Shown here piece after piece: positions 12,301 to 24,300 of a stretch of DNA of 64,000 bases. A program made the position numbers and the translations under genes. The notes under the pieces were generated by a model. It was not told where the DNA came from. It did not search any database and saw only the letters and a list, made by a program, of their open reading frames with translations. Each line of letters opens with the position of its first letter. Within the stretch, counting starts at the first letter, position 1. Source of the stretch: Macrostomum lignano (lineage: Eukaryota); assembly GCA_002269645.1 (NCBI GenBank), contig NIVC01000532.1, positions 124,001 to 188,000 on the forward strand, in the 5' to 3' direction.

Positions 12301-15300
12301 TGAGTTTGTTATCCTGCAATTAAAGAAATATTTCTCCACATTCGGAACACCTGAGAAGTTGCGATGTGACAACGGACCGCCATTCTCGTCCAACGCATTC
12401 CAATTATATGCTAAATCAAGCGGGATAGCGCTTGTAACATCATCACCAAGATATCCACAGTCCAATGGATTAGCGGAGCGAGCTGTGCAAACAGTGAAAT
12501 TCTTCTTGAGAAAGAATGAAGACTTTGAAAAAGCAATGCTTCACTACCGTAATACTCCGATTGAGCGTGGGTTACCGACCCCAGCAGAGCTACTGATGGG
12601 AAGGAAATTGAGGTACGAACTACCTGTACCAATAATGGAATTGATACCAAAAGGAACATGGACGAAGAATGATTTGTAAACACTGAACGCCATGCGAAGG
12701 AAGGACGCGATTCGCTACAACAGTACAGCTAGGGATTTGAAGCCACTGGAGACTGGAGAGCAAGTCTGGTTGTACGAGGACAAGAGACAGTGGATTCCAG
12801 CAGAAATTCGATCGCGGGATCATACGGATCCAGAACGATCGTACCAAGTGCAAACTGCTGATGGTAAATGCTACAGAAGGAACCGACGATTTTTAGCACC
12901 CAGAGTTGCGAACTCCAGACTGTCTGCAATACCGAAACATCTAGCGCTACAGCGACCAGTAGATATCTCAGAGAGTCATCTGAAAGATTCAACTGCATCA
13001 TCCGGAATTCAGCCAACTCATGAGCATCCAATAACAAGTAATCCTGCTGAAGATGCTAACCGACAAACGACCAATGCTGACACAAATGCGCCATATGTGA
13101 CACGATCGGGCCGTACTGTCAAACAGACGAGATTCTATCAAGCTGTTTAATGATGAATTTTTTTGTTTATGAACAAACTATGCAATTAACGAACAATGTT
13201 CTTTTGAAAAAAAGGGGGATGTGGCAGCCAGCCGCTTTAGTTTCTTTTTCATGCATAAATTATTGTCTATGGACAAACTCAAATATACTTGTAAAGGGTG
13301 TGTGGCTGCGCCCACAGTCTCGCCAAGCGCGAATACTCCTAATACATTCAAACACACAACAGTCATGTAGGGGGGTCATTGCCGTCTCAGTCATGTAGAG
13401 GGGCCATTGCCCTCTCAGTCATGTAGGGGGAGCATTGCCGTCTCAGTCATGTAGGGGGGCCATTGCCCTCTCAGTCATGTAGGGGGAGCATTGCCCTCTC
13501 AGTCATGTAAGGGAGGTCATTGCCCTCTCAGTCATGTAAGGGAGGTCATTGCCCTCTCAGTCATCTAGGGAGGTCATTGCCCTCTCAGTCATGTAAGGGA
13601 GGTCATTGCCCTCTCAGTCATCTAGGGAGGTCATTGCCCTCTCAGTCATGTAAGGGAGGTCATTGCCCTCTCAGTCATCTAGGGAGGTCATTACCCTCTC
13701 AGTCATGTAAGGGAGGTCATTGCTCCCTCCGCCATAGAGGGAGGCTCCCTACGCCATGAAGGGAGATCATTGTTCTCTCAATCATGTAGGGGGTAATTTT
13801 GACCCTATCTAAAGCCATTTCACGATAAAAGAGCAAAGAGAACGCTCCCGCGTCACGGAGGCAGACGATTGTGTCCCCATGAAACTGAGAAACTGTCATT
13901 CCCTCATCCTAACAGAGTGCAGCAGGCGCAGCAGCAGCAGCAGCAGCTGATGCGGCAGCGGCGCGGTCTGGTCAGCATGGCTCGCATCGACGCTATCGAG
14001 CGTTTCCTGAACGAGCCGGCGAATCAACTGGCCCGGCGCGAGTCCCTCGACTCGGTCAAGAAGCCCGCCGATTGGGAACTGCGAGTGCCCAAGTGAGCTT
14101 CGTTTATTAATTTAAGCACCAGCTCTTGTTAATACTATCAGTAGGCTAAATAGCGAATTGCGACTAGAATAATTCTACTTGCTCACAACTGCAAACTATT
14201 TCGGCGATTCGAAAGTTCGGGCTTATGAAAAGTCCCCCCGTTTATTTTTTTATGCAGACGGATTCGATCCACACGTCGGCGGAGCCTGCCGCTGAATCTG
14301 AGGGACGATTTTCCGGCTTGGGCAGCTGAGCACGGGTACCGGTGAGCACCGGTTTGCATGCATTTTGGCCCATTATGATGCAGCGAGTCTTCCTTTGCAA
14401 GGTTAAGGGGGCTATGAAACTTTCCTTTGTAGCTCTTTAGGGTGCTAAACTTCTATCCAATGTCCATCTTGCATTGGCGCCAAACCTTCCTTTATCACTC
14501 TAAATGGCGCCAAACCATCCTTCATCACTCAAAAATAGCGCCAAACTATTTATATTCACTCAAAATGGCGCCAAACTATTTATATTCACTCAAAATGGCG
14601 CCAAACCATTTATATTCACTCGACAATGGCGCGTAACCATTTCTATTCACTCAACAATGGCGCCAAACCATTTATATTCACTCGACAATGGCGCGTAACC
14701 ATTTCTATTCGCTCAAAAATGGCGCCAAACCATTTATATTCACTCGACAATGGCGCCAAACCATTTATATTCACTCGAAAATGGCGCCAAAACATGCTTC
14801 CTCACTCAACAATGGCGCCAAACCATTTCTATTCACTCAACAATGGCGCCAAACCATTTTTATTCACTCGACAATGGCGCCAAACCATTTCTATTCACTC
14901 GACAATGGCGCCAAAACATGCTTCCTCACTCAACAATGGCGCCAAACCATTTCTATTCGCTCAAAAATGCCGCCAAACCATTTATATTCACTCGACAATG
15001 GCGCCAAACCATTTCTATTTACTCAACAATGGCGCCAAACCATTTATATTCACTCGACAATGGCGCGTAACCATTTCTATTCGCTCAAAAATGGCGCCAA
15101 ACCGTTTACCTTCACTCGAAAATAGCGCCAAACTATCCTTCCCCACAAAAAATGGCGCCAAACCATCATTCTTTCCTCACTCAAAAATGGCGCCAAACCT
15201 TCTTTCCGCATTCGAAAATGGCGCCAAACGATGTTCCCTAGCCTGTACAGGCGCCAGTAATTACAAAGTAGCCGATCTCTGCAACCTTCCCAGAGGAGAC

Positions 15301-18300
15301 GGCGACCCCCGGGACTGGGTGCCGGCAGTCTGGGACCGCTGGTTTGACGAAGTCTACCCGCCGAGTTCACGCGACGGCGATCGCGAAGTCGGCGCCGACG
15401 CCGCCGGTGGCCAGTTGCAGAGGCAGCCGCAGCGACAACGGACGGATTCGGCGACATCGGATTCTGCCGTCACAGACGAACGCGCGCTGTTGAATGACCC
15501 GGAGTTCGCGCGAGTCCGTCACGACTCGGACAGCAGCTCGGAGGCGCCGTCCGAGCATCCGGTCCAGTTGCCGGAGAAAATCCCGCCAGCTCTGGACGAA
15601 ATTCCTGAAGCCGATCGGGAAACTGCGGCAGCCATCCTGGAGCAGGAGGTGGCCAAGCTGACTGCCGACATCGAGGCTGCTGAGCGGCTTGAGAAGCTGC
15701 CGAGTGCCTTTCAGCTCTGCCGACGGGGTGCCCTGAGGCGCAAGGTTGGTTGACTGCGCTGATTTCTAACTGCATGTTCGTGCTGTTACACAATCAGGTG
15801 CTGCGTGTTAGACATTCAGGTGCTATCTGTTACACAATCAGGTGCTGCGTATTAGACATTCAGGTGCTATCTGTTACACAATCAGATGCTGCGTGTTAGA
15901 CACTCTGCTGCTGCCTGTTAGACATTCTGGTGCTACCTGTTACACATTTTGCTGCTGCGTGTTAGACATTCAGGTGCTATCTGTTACACAATCAGGTGCT
16001 GCGTGTTAGACATTCAGGTGCTATCTGTTACACAATCAGGTGCTGCGTATTAGACATTCAGGTGCTATCTGTTACACAATCAGGTGCTGCGTATTAGACA
16101 TTCAGGTGCTATCTGTTACACAATCAGATGCTGCGTGTTAGACACTCTGCTGCTGCCTGTTAGACATTCTGGTGCTACCTGTTACACATTCTGCTGCTGC
16201 GTGTTAGACAATCAGGTGCTGCGTGTTAGACATTCTGGTGCTGCCTGTTAGACATTCTGGTGCTGCCTGTTAGACATTCTGGTGCTACCTGTTACACATT
16301 CAAGTGCTGCGTGTTAGATATTCTGGTGCTGCCTGTTAGACATTCAGGTGCTACCTGTTAGACATTCAGGTGCTATCTGTTACACATTCAGGTGCTACCT
16401 GTTAGACATTCAGGTGCTATCTGTTACACATTCAGGTGCTATCTGTTACACATTCTGATGCTACCTGTTACACATTCAAGTGCTGCGTGTTAGATATTCT
16501 GGTGCTGCCTGTTAGATATTCTGGTGCTACCTGTTAGGCACCTGTTAGTCAGGTCGGGGTGCAGCCTTCGTGAGAAACAGGCTACAAAAGCCTCGAATTC
16601 CGAATTGGGATGCAGAATTCCTTAGCCTGTGAATCTGGCCGATTTCTCCTAAATCAGCCATCCCCCGCTTCCTTAACACCGCGGCATTTCGTCTCAGTGC
16701 CAGGCTTTTCCGTCTCACCGGCTCTGCTCAGTAAAGACGGCTTTTAATTAAAGGCGCGTCAGCGAGCAAGCCGAGCACACGGGCCTTGAGCTTGTCTTTG
16801 AGCTTTGAGCTTGTCTGCAGCCCGCTCAGAGTCATATACTCTCTGTGGGAGGAGCAGAAGACGCCCGGGCGGTTCTCAATCCGTTTCCCTCCCGCTCGCC
16901 GTCTCCCCTCCACCCCCGCAGCGGCGCCGCGCCTTCTCCTGACTTGATCGGCAGATTCTACTTCCCCTCCCTGAGTCCTCGAGCGCCCGATAATCCCGAC
17001 CTACCATTTAAATCCCTTCGAATCTGCTGGGGGAGCGGGCTTCAGGCTATAGAACACTCTGTCTCTGTCCCATTGCTAGAGTTAAATCTTCTCACGAAAT
17101 TGTTGAAAGCAGGAGTAATATTACTGATGACTGCATCACCCTCTAGAATCTTACCCTCTTGAATCTTATCCTCTAGAATCCTACTCTCTAGAATCTCACC
17201 CTCTTGAATCTTATCCTCTAGAATCTTACCCTCTAGAATCTTACCCTCTTGAATCTTATCCTCTAGAATCTTACCCTCTTGAATCTTATCCTCTAGAATC
17301 CTACTCTCTAGAATCTCACCCTCTTGAATCTTATCCTCTAGAATCTTACCCTCTAGAATCTTACCCTCTTGAATCTTATCCTCTAGAATCTTACCCTCTA
17401 AAATCTCACCCTCTAGAATCTTACCCTCTTGAATCTTATCCTCTAGAATCCTACTCTCTAGAATCTCACCCTCTTGAATCTTACCCTCTAAAATCTTACC
17501 CTCTAGAATCTCACCCTCTTGAATCTTACCCTCTAGAATCTTACCCTCTTGAATCTTACCCTCTAGAATCTTACCCTCTAGAATCTCACCCTCTTGAATC
17601 TTACCCTCTAGAATCTTATCCTCTAGAATCTTATCCTCTAGTCTAGAATCTCACCTTCTAGAATCTTACCCTCTAGAATCTTACCCTCAAGAATCTTACC
17701 CTCTAGAATCTCATCCTCTTGAATCTTATCCTCTAGAATCTCACCCTCTAGAATCTTACCCTCTAGAATCTTATCCTCTAGAATCTTATCCTCTAGAATC
17801 TTATCCTCTAGAATCTTATCCTCTAGAATCTTATCCTCTTGAATCTCATTCTCTTGAATCTCATCCTCTAGAATCTCATCCTCTAGAATCTCATCCTCTT
17901 GAATCTCATCCTCTAGAATCTCATCCTCTAGAATCCTACTCTCTAGAATCTGACACTTTAGAATCTCACTCTTTAGAATCTTATCCCCTCTAGAATCTCA
18001 CCATTTAACAGCCCAACCTTAAGAATCTTACCCTCTAGAATCTCACCCTCTAGAATCTCACCCTCTAGAATCTTACCCTTTAGAATCTCAGCCTTTAGAA
18101 TTCCATCCTTTAGAATCTCAACCTTTAAAATCTCACTATTTAGAATCTACAGAATCACACAACCTACAGACTTGCAAATTTTTAAGAGATTTAATTATAA
18201 CAACCCTCGTTGCACCCGCAGCTGGGCTACTTACGCGGGGCTCGAGAAGATCTGGACAGGTGCATCGGTCAGGAGCCCCGGTACCTGGATGCTTACTGGC

Positions 18301-21300
18301 ACCGACACCTGCTGAAGGTGCTTGAGAACCGCCTGTCCGGGGCTCTAGATGACTTGAACGTGTTGCTGAAGCACACCAAAGATAACGCCAGCGCCTACAA
18401 GGCCAGGGCTGAAATCTATCGCAAGAAGAATGACGTCACCATGGCTATTATAAATTACGGTCAGGCCATCAAGCTCAACCCGAGCGATGCCGACTGCTAC
18501 CACAAGAGAGCTGGACTGTACGAGAAGGTGACTGCTCAGTCTCACAATTGCGTTTGCTTTGACTGGGATTCACAGCGAAACACTTATTTCTCTTCTCCTC
18601 TCCTCTCCTCTTTTCTCATCTCCTCTCCTCTCCTGCCCTCTCCTCTCTTCTAGTTCTCATCTCCTCTCCTCTCCTCTTTTCTCATCTCCTCTCCTCTCCT
18701 CTCCTCTCCTCTCCTCTCCTCTCCTGCCCTCTCCTCTCTTCTAGTTCTCATCTCCTCTCCTCTCCTCTTTTCTCATCTCCTCTCCTCTCCTCTCCTCTCC
18801 TCTCCTCTCCTCTCCTGCCCTCTCCTCTCTTCTAGTTCTCATCTCCTCTCCTCTCCTCTTTTCTCATCTCCTCTCCTCTCCTCTCCTCTCCTCTCCTCTC
18901 CTGCCCTCTCCTCTCTTCTAGTTCTCATCTCCTCTCCTCTCCAATCCTCTCCTCTCTTATCCTCTCCTCTCCTCTCCTCTCCTCTCCTGCCCTCTCCTCT
19001 CTTCTAGTTCTCATCTCCTCTCCTCTCCAATCCTCTCCTCTCTTATCCTCTCCTCTCCTCTCCTCTCCTCTCCTCTCCTCTCCTCTCCTCTCCTCTCCTC
19101 TCCTGCCCTCTCCTTTCTTCTAGTTCTCATCTCATCTCCTCTCCTCTCCTCTCCTCTCCTCTCCTCTCCTCTCCTCTCCTCTCCTCTTTTCTCATCTCCT
19201 CTCCTCTCCTCTCCTCTCCTCTCCTCTCCTCTCCTGCCCTCTCCTCTCTTCTAGTTCTCATCTCCTCTCCTCTCCTCTCCTCTCCTCTCCTCTCCTCTCC
19301 TCTCCTCTCCTGCACTCTCCTGTCTTCTAGTTCTCATCTCCTCTCATCTCCTCTCATCTCTCCTCTCCTCTCCTCTCCTCTCCTCTCCTCTCCTCTCCTC
19401 TCCTCTCCTCTCCTCTCCTCTCCTCTCCTCTCCTCTCCTCTCCTCTCCTATTCTCTCCTCTCCTCTCCTCTCATCTTCTCTCCTCTCCTCTCCTCTCCTA
19501 TTCTCTCCTCTCCTCTCCTCTCATCTTCTCTCCTCTCCTCTCCTCTCTAATGCTGGGCCACTCCAATCATACTCAATGCAAAATGTTCTGTTTTCAGCGA
19601 GGCGAGATGCGCTTGGCCCTGGAGGACTACTCCATGGCTAGCAAGCTGAGTCCGGACAAGACGGACGCTTTGTTTAAGCACGGATTGTACTACTTCCAGA
19701 ATGAGTAAGCGGCTTATCGCGTTTAGTAACTTTCCGGATTTAGACGGTTTTTTGATGACGTCACCACGTCCTCAAACGCATTTTTTATTCCGAGATGATG
19801 GCGTCATTTTTTCCAAAAAATATGACGTCATTTTCCTCTTTAATGGTGACGTCAGTCTGTACTTTTATGCCTGTGTCATTCTCCTTGTTCTGTGAGACGT
19901 CGTTTTCAGATGCTATGCCGTCACTTTGAGTCTTAGATGATGACGTCATAGGCTTTCTTCTCATTTCTGTTATGCGTCGCACTTCACAGACAGTGGCAAT
20001 TCGCCATCAACGACTTCACTGAGCTGCTCACCCGCGACCCCAAGGACTCTCGCGCCTACACCTACATTGGGCGTTGCTACGCCAAGCTGCAGCAGATGAT
20101 ACCCGCTGTGCAAGCGTTCTCATCCGCCATCCATCTCAATCCGTACAATTGGATCGCCTTCTATCACCGAGGCCGCCTGCTCAGGCGAGCTCAGCCTGAT
20201 AAAGCGTTGCGCGACCTGTCAATCTCAGTGATGCTCAACGAGGACGTTGAGAATGCTATGGCTTTCATGTATCGGGGCATTCTCTACTGCGAGATGGACA
20301 GGTGAATAACTGCGCGAATTGAAATTACAGCCAATTAGAAACCAGTCAGTGTGAATGTTCAAATTCTTCTAGCCAATGTTCATTGGGGTAGAGAGGTAAA
20401 ACTCCAGCCAACCAGAGACCAGCCAGTGTGAATGTGCAAATTCTCCTAGCCAATGTTCATTGGGGTAGAGGGCTAAAACTCCAGCCAACCAGAAACGAGC
20501 CAGTGTGAATGTGCAAATTCTCATACCCAATGTACATACACATGTAGGGGTGGTGCAGTAAAACTCCAGCCAATCAGAGATCCGAAATCGGTTTACTAAA
20601 CGTAACTAAAAATAAGGAGTGTTTAAAAAATTCTGTTAGAAACTGACAGCAAGGTGACGTCAAATGGCACAATTTCAATCGAATTTCAATCCAGACCAGA
20701 AGATGCCATTCCGGATTTCGAGACCCTGGTCCGTCTGAGACAGGACATCCCCTGCGCTCACGTCAACCTTGGGCTGGTCTACCACCACACGGATCGGCAC
20801 CACCTGTAAGCTATCCATACCACGCCTTGGAACTGATATGATTAAACTTGAATTTCGTTTTACTTAGCTCGCATGGACCGCTTATGCTTCCGCAGGGCGA
20901 TTCATCACTACAGCGCCGCAATCAATGTGGACCCGACCTACATCCGGGCAGTGCGTTGCCGAGTTGACGCCTTCGTAGCTATGCGAGAGGTTTGGAAAAT
21001 TGCTTGGAAAACGAATTCATTAATTATTCATTAATCTCTTGGATTGTTTTGTTTGAGCAAAATCAAATTCATCCCAGAATTAATTTGTAACGTCTGTGAA
21101 GCTGTGAAGTTGGAAAAGTACAATCTAAAGCAACATTTTTTCTACGCATTAGTGTGCACATTCTCAGGGGTCCTTCTCGCATAGGCCTCTGGCCAATACA
21201 CAGGCAATTCGCACTCGAATTTTCAGTACCGCAACGCCCTGCTAGACATAACTCGGTGCATCCACATGAACCCGATGGACCCGTCGTACTACATGGTCAG

Positions 21301-24300
21301 GGGCGAAATTCTTCTCAAGATGGGCAACCTCGACATGGCGGCCTTCTGCGTGCGGTAAGTCATCCAAACTGACGTCTGAATATTGAAGCCTTATTGAACT
21401 CAAGCCTCAAGCCTCAAGCCATTTTATTGTCTTCCAGTCTGACCATCCTGTGAAATAGCATCGTGACTCAACTATAGCTTTGTTATGCAATAGTAAGGCT
21501 TGAGGATAAATTTTCTATAAAATTACTTGTCACTACTGAATGTGACTCTGACTAGCGCAGATGTCAATTCACCGTTTATAGGCACTAGTCACTCGCTCTA
21601 ATTACTCGAAACTAGTGAACGTATTATATTCACGCATAATGACATTTACGTTCCATGCCATTTGACTCTCAAAGTCTTTCACTCTCACTCTAACTACAAG
21701 AGTTCAGTCTCCGGTGCCACCCATCACCCGTTGCTTAATCCTCCTCTCTCGCCAGCCACTCGGCCGCAATGAACCACGGTCGCCGGTCGGCAGAAGGCGC
21801 CAGTCCCACTCAGCGAGCTCTTGTGCTCAGCTTCCTCGGCCAGTTTGACGAGGCCATCAGGGTGCTGGCACAGGAGGCTCGGTTCAGGCCCGGCAAGGAC
21901 ATCCTGTTCCTGCTGGGCAAGACTCAGATGAAGGCCAAGCGGTTTGCTGATGCGGCTGGCAGTTTCCAGGAGTGCCTGGAGATTCTGGTAAGATGGCTGC
22001 TCGTGTGAATTTTTTGTTTGCTTGTTAACCCATGACAAACAATTGACTCAAAGTTTAGTATTTTACATTGAGTTTGAGCATTGAGTCTGAGCATTGATAA
22101 TTGAGCATTGAGTCTGAGCATTGAGTCTGGGCATTGAGTCTCAGCATTGAGTCTGAGCAATTGATAATTGAGCATTGAGTCTGAGCATTGAGTCTGGGCA
22201 TTGAGTCTCAGCATTGAGTCTGAGCAATTGATAATTGAGCATTGAGTCTGAGCATTGAGCCTGGGCATTGAGTCTCAGCATTGAGTCTGAGTAATTGATA
22301 ATTGAGCATTGAGTCTGATCATTGAGCCTGGGCATTGAGTCTCAGCATTGAGTCTGAGCAATTGATAATTGAGCATTGAGTCTGAGCATTGATAATTGAG
22401 CATTGAGTCTGAGCATTGAGCCTGGGAATTGAGTCTCAGCATTGAGTCTGAGCAATTGATAATTGAGCATTGAGTCTGAGCATTGAGCCTGGGAATTGAG
22501 TCTCAGCATTGAGTCTGAGCAATTGATAATTGAGCATTGAGTCTGGGCATTGAGTCTCAGCATTGAGTCTGAGCAATTGATAATTGAGTATTGAGTCTGA
22601 GCATTGATAATTGAGTATTGAGTCTGAGCATTGATAATTGAGTATTGAGTCTAAGCATTGATAATTGAGAATTTGAGTCTGAGCATTGAGTCTGAGCATT
22701 GATAATTGAGAATTTGAGTCTGAGCATTGAGTCTGAGCATTGATAATTGAGAATTTGAGTCTGAGCATTGAGTCTGAGCATTGATAATTGAGAATTTGAG
22801 TCTGAGCATTGAGTCTGAGCATTGATAATTGAGAATTTGAGTCTGAGCATTGAGTCTGAGCATTGATAATTGAGAATTTGAGTCTGAGCATTGAGTCTGA
22901 GCATTGATAATTGAGAATTTGAGTCTGAGCATTGAGTCTGAGCATTGATAATTGAGAATTTGAGTCTGAGCATTGAGTCTGAGCATTGATAATTGAGAAT
23001 TTGAGTCTGAGCATTGAGTCTGAGCATTGATAATTGAGAATCGAGTCTGAGCATTGATAATTGAGCATTGAGCAAACCGAAGGCGATGCTATCTCAGGAG
23101 TCCATTCTATTCTGGGATAATTTTTTCAGAAAAAATCCGCATACAAGTTCGATCGGGTAAAGCCACAGGTTTTCCTCATTTCTAGCCAACTGCTGGCCTT
23201 TTTTAATTGCTGAGACTGGTTTTGATCGTTCTTTCATTCGACTAACATCTATAGCACTAATCTATTCTTCAGCGTACTTTCTGCTAAGATTATTTTTCTC
23301 AAATTTTTAAGCTGACAGAATTCAACACCGTCAAGTTACTGTATTCAACGACTCATTTGGAAAGTTCTGATGTTCTTCTACCAAGTGGAATTTTCCCGCT
23401 TTGAGAATTTTCTCAGCCATGAGGGCCAACCCCCAAGGCACAGAGAATGTACATGCCTGACGATTGAAAAGTCAGGGCCACTGTGCACCCTGAGTGAGCG
23501 AGTGTGAGCTGTAATCAATTCTAGATCTGATCTGTTCACTTATAGAAAACTGTTTCTTTTTATTAAAATTTTATGCGATCAACTCAAGAATCCATCACAA
23601 ACCTGACTCCGATTTCGTGTGCTTTGCAGAAGCCTTGGGGTGGCGACAAAAAGCTGGTGTGGCCCAAAGAGGCCGCCCAGGTGCACTACCTCATCGGCGA
23701 CTGTCACACGGCGCTGCAGAACTACGGAGAAGGGCTGGAGTCCTACACTGCCGCTCTGGCCATCGACTCCGGCTTCGCTGATGTGAGTCACTGCTCTCTA
23801 AGTCAGAGATTTTGTTGGGTCTGTAGCGAGTTACATGTAGCTTTTGTACGATTTAGCAGCACATTGTAGACTACCCTTATCTACTGTACATTGTAGACAA
23901 TCTACTGTACATTGTAGACAATCTACTGTACATTGTAGACAATCTACTGCACATTGTAGACAATCTACTGCACATTGTAGACAATCTAATCTACTGTACA
24001 TTGTAGACAATCTAATCTACTGTACATTGTAGACAATCTACTGTACATTGTAGACAATCTACTGTACATTGTAGACAATCTACTGCACATTGTAGACAAT
24101 CTACTGCACATTGTAGACAATCTACTGTACATTGTAGACAATCTACTGCACATTGTAGACAATCTACTGTACATTGTAGACAATCTACTGCACATTGTAG
24201 ACAATCTACTGCACATTGTAGACAATCTACTGTACATTGTAGACAATCTACTGTACATTGTAGACAATCTACTGTACATTGTAGACAATCTACTGTACAT

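Noticed and set aside
14442-15230. N-terminal part of the 375-aa ORF and overlapping repetitive ORFs
   Set aside because: Derived from the 31-bp repeat; only 15258-15744 is a true exon.
16731-16745. GTAAAGACGG, similar to my recollection of the Macrostomum spliced-leader 5' end
   Set aside because: Only a ~10-nt match, with no rest of the leader, donor or Sm site.
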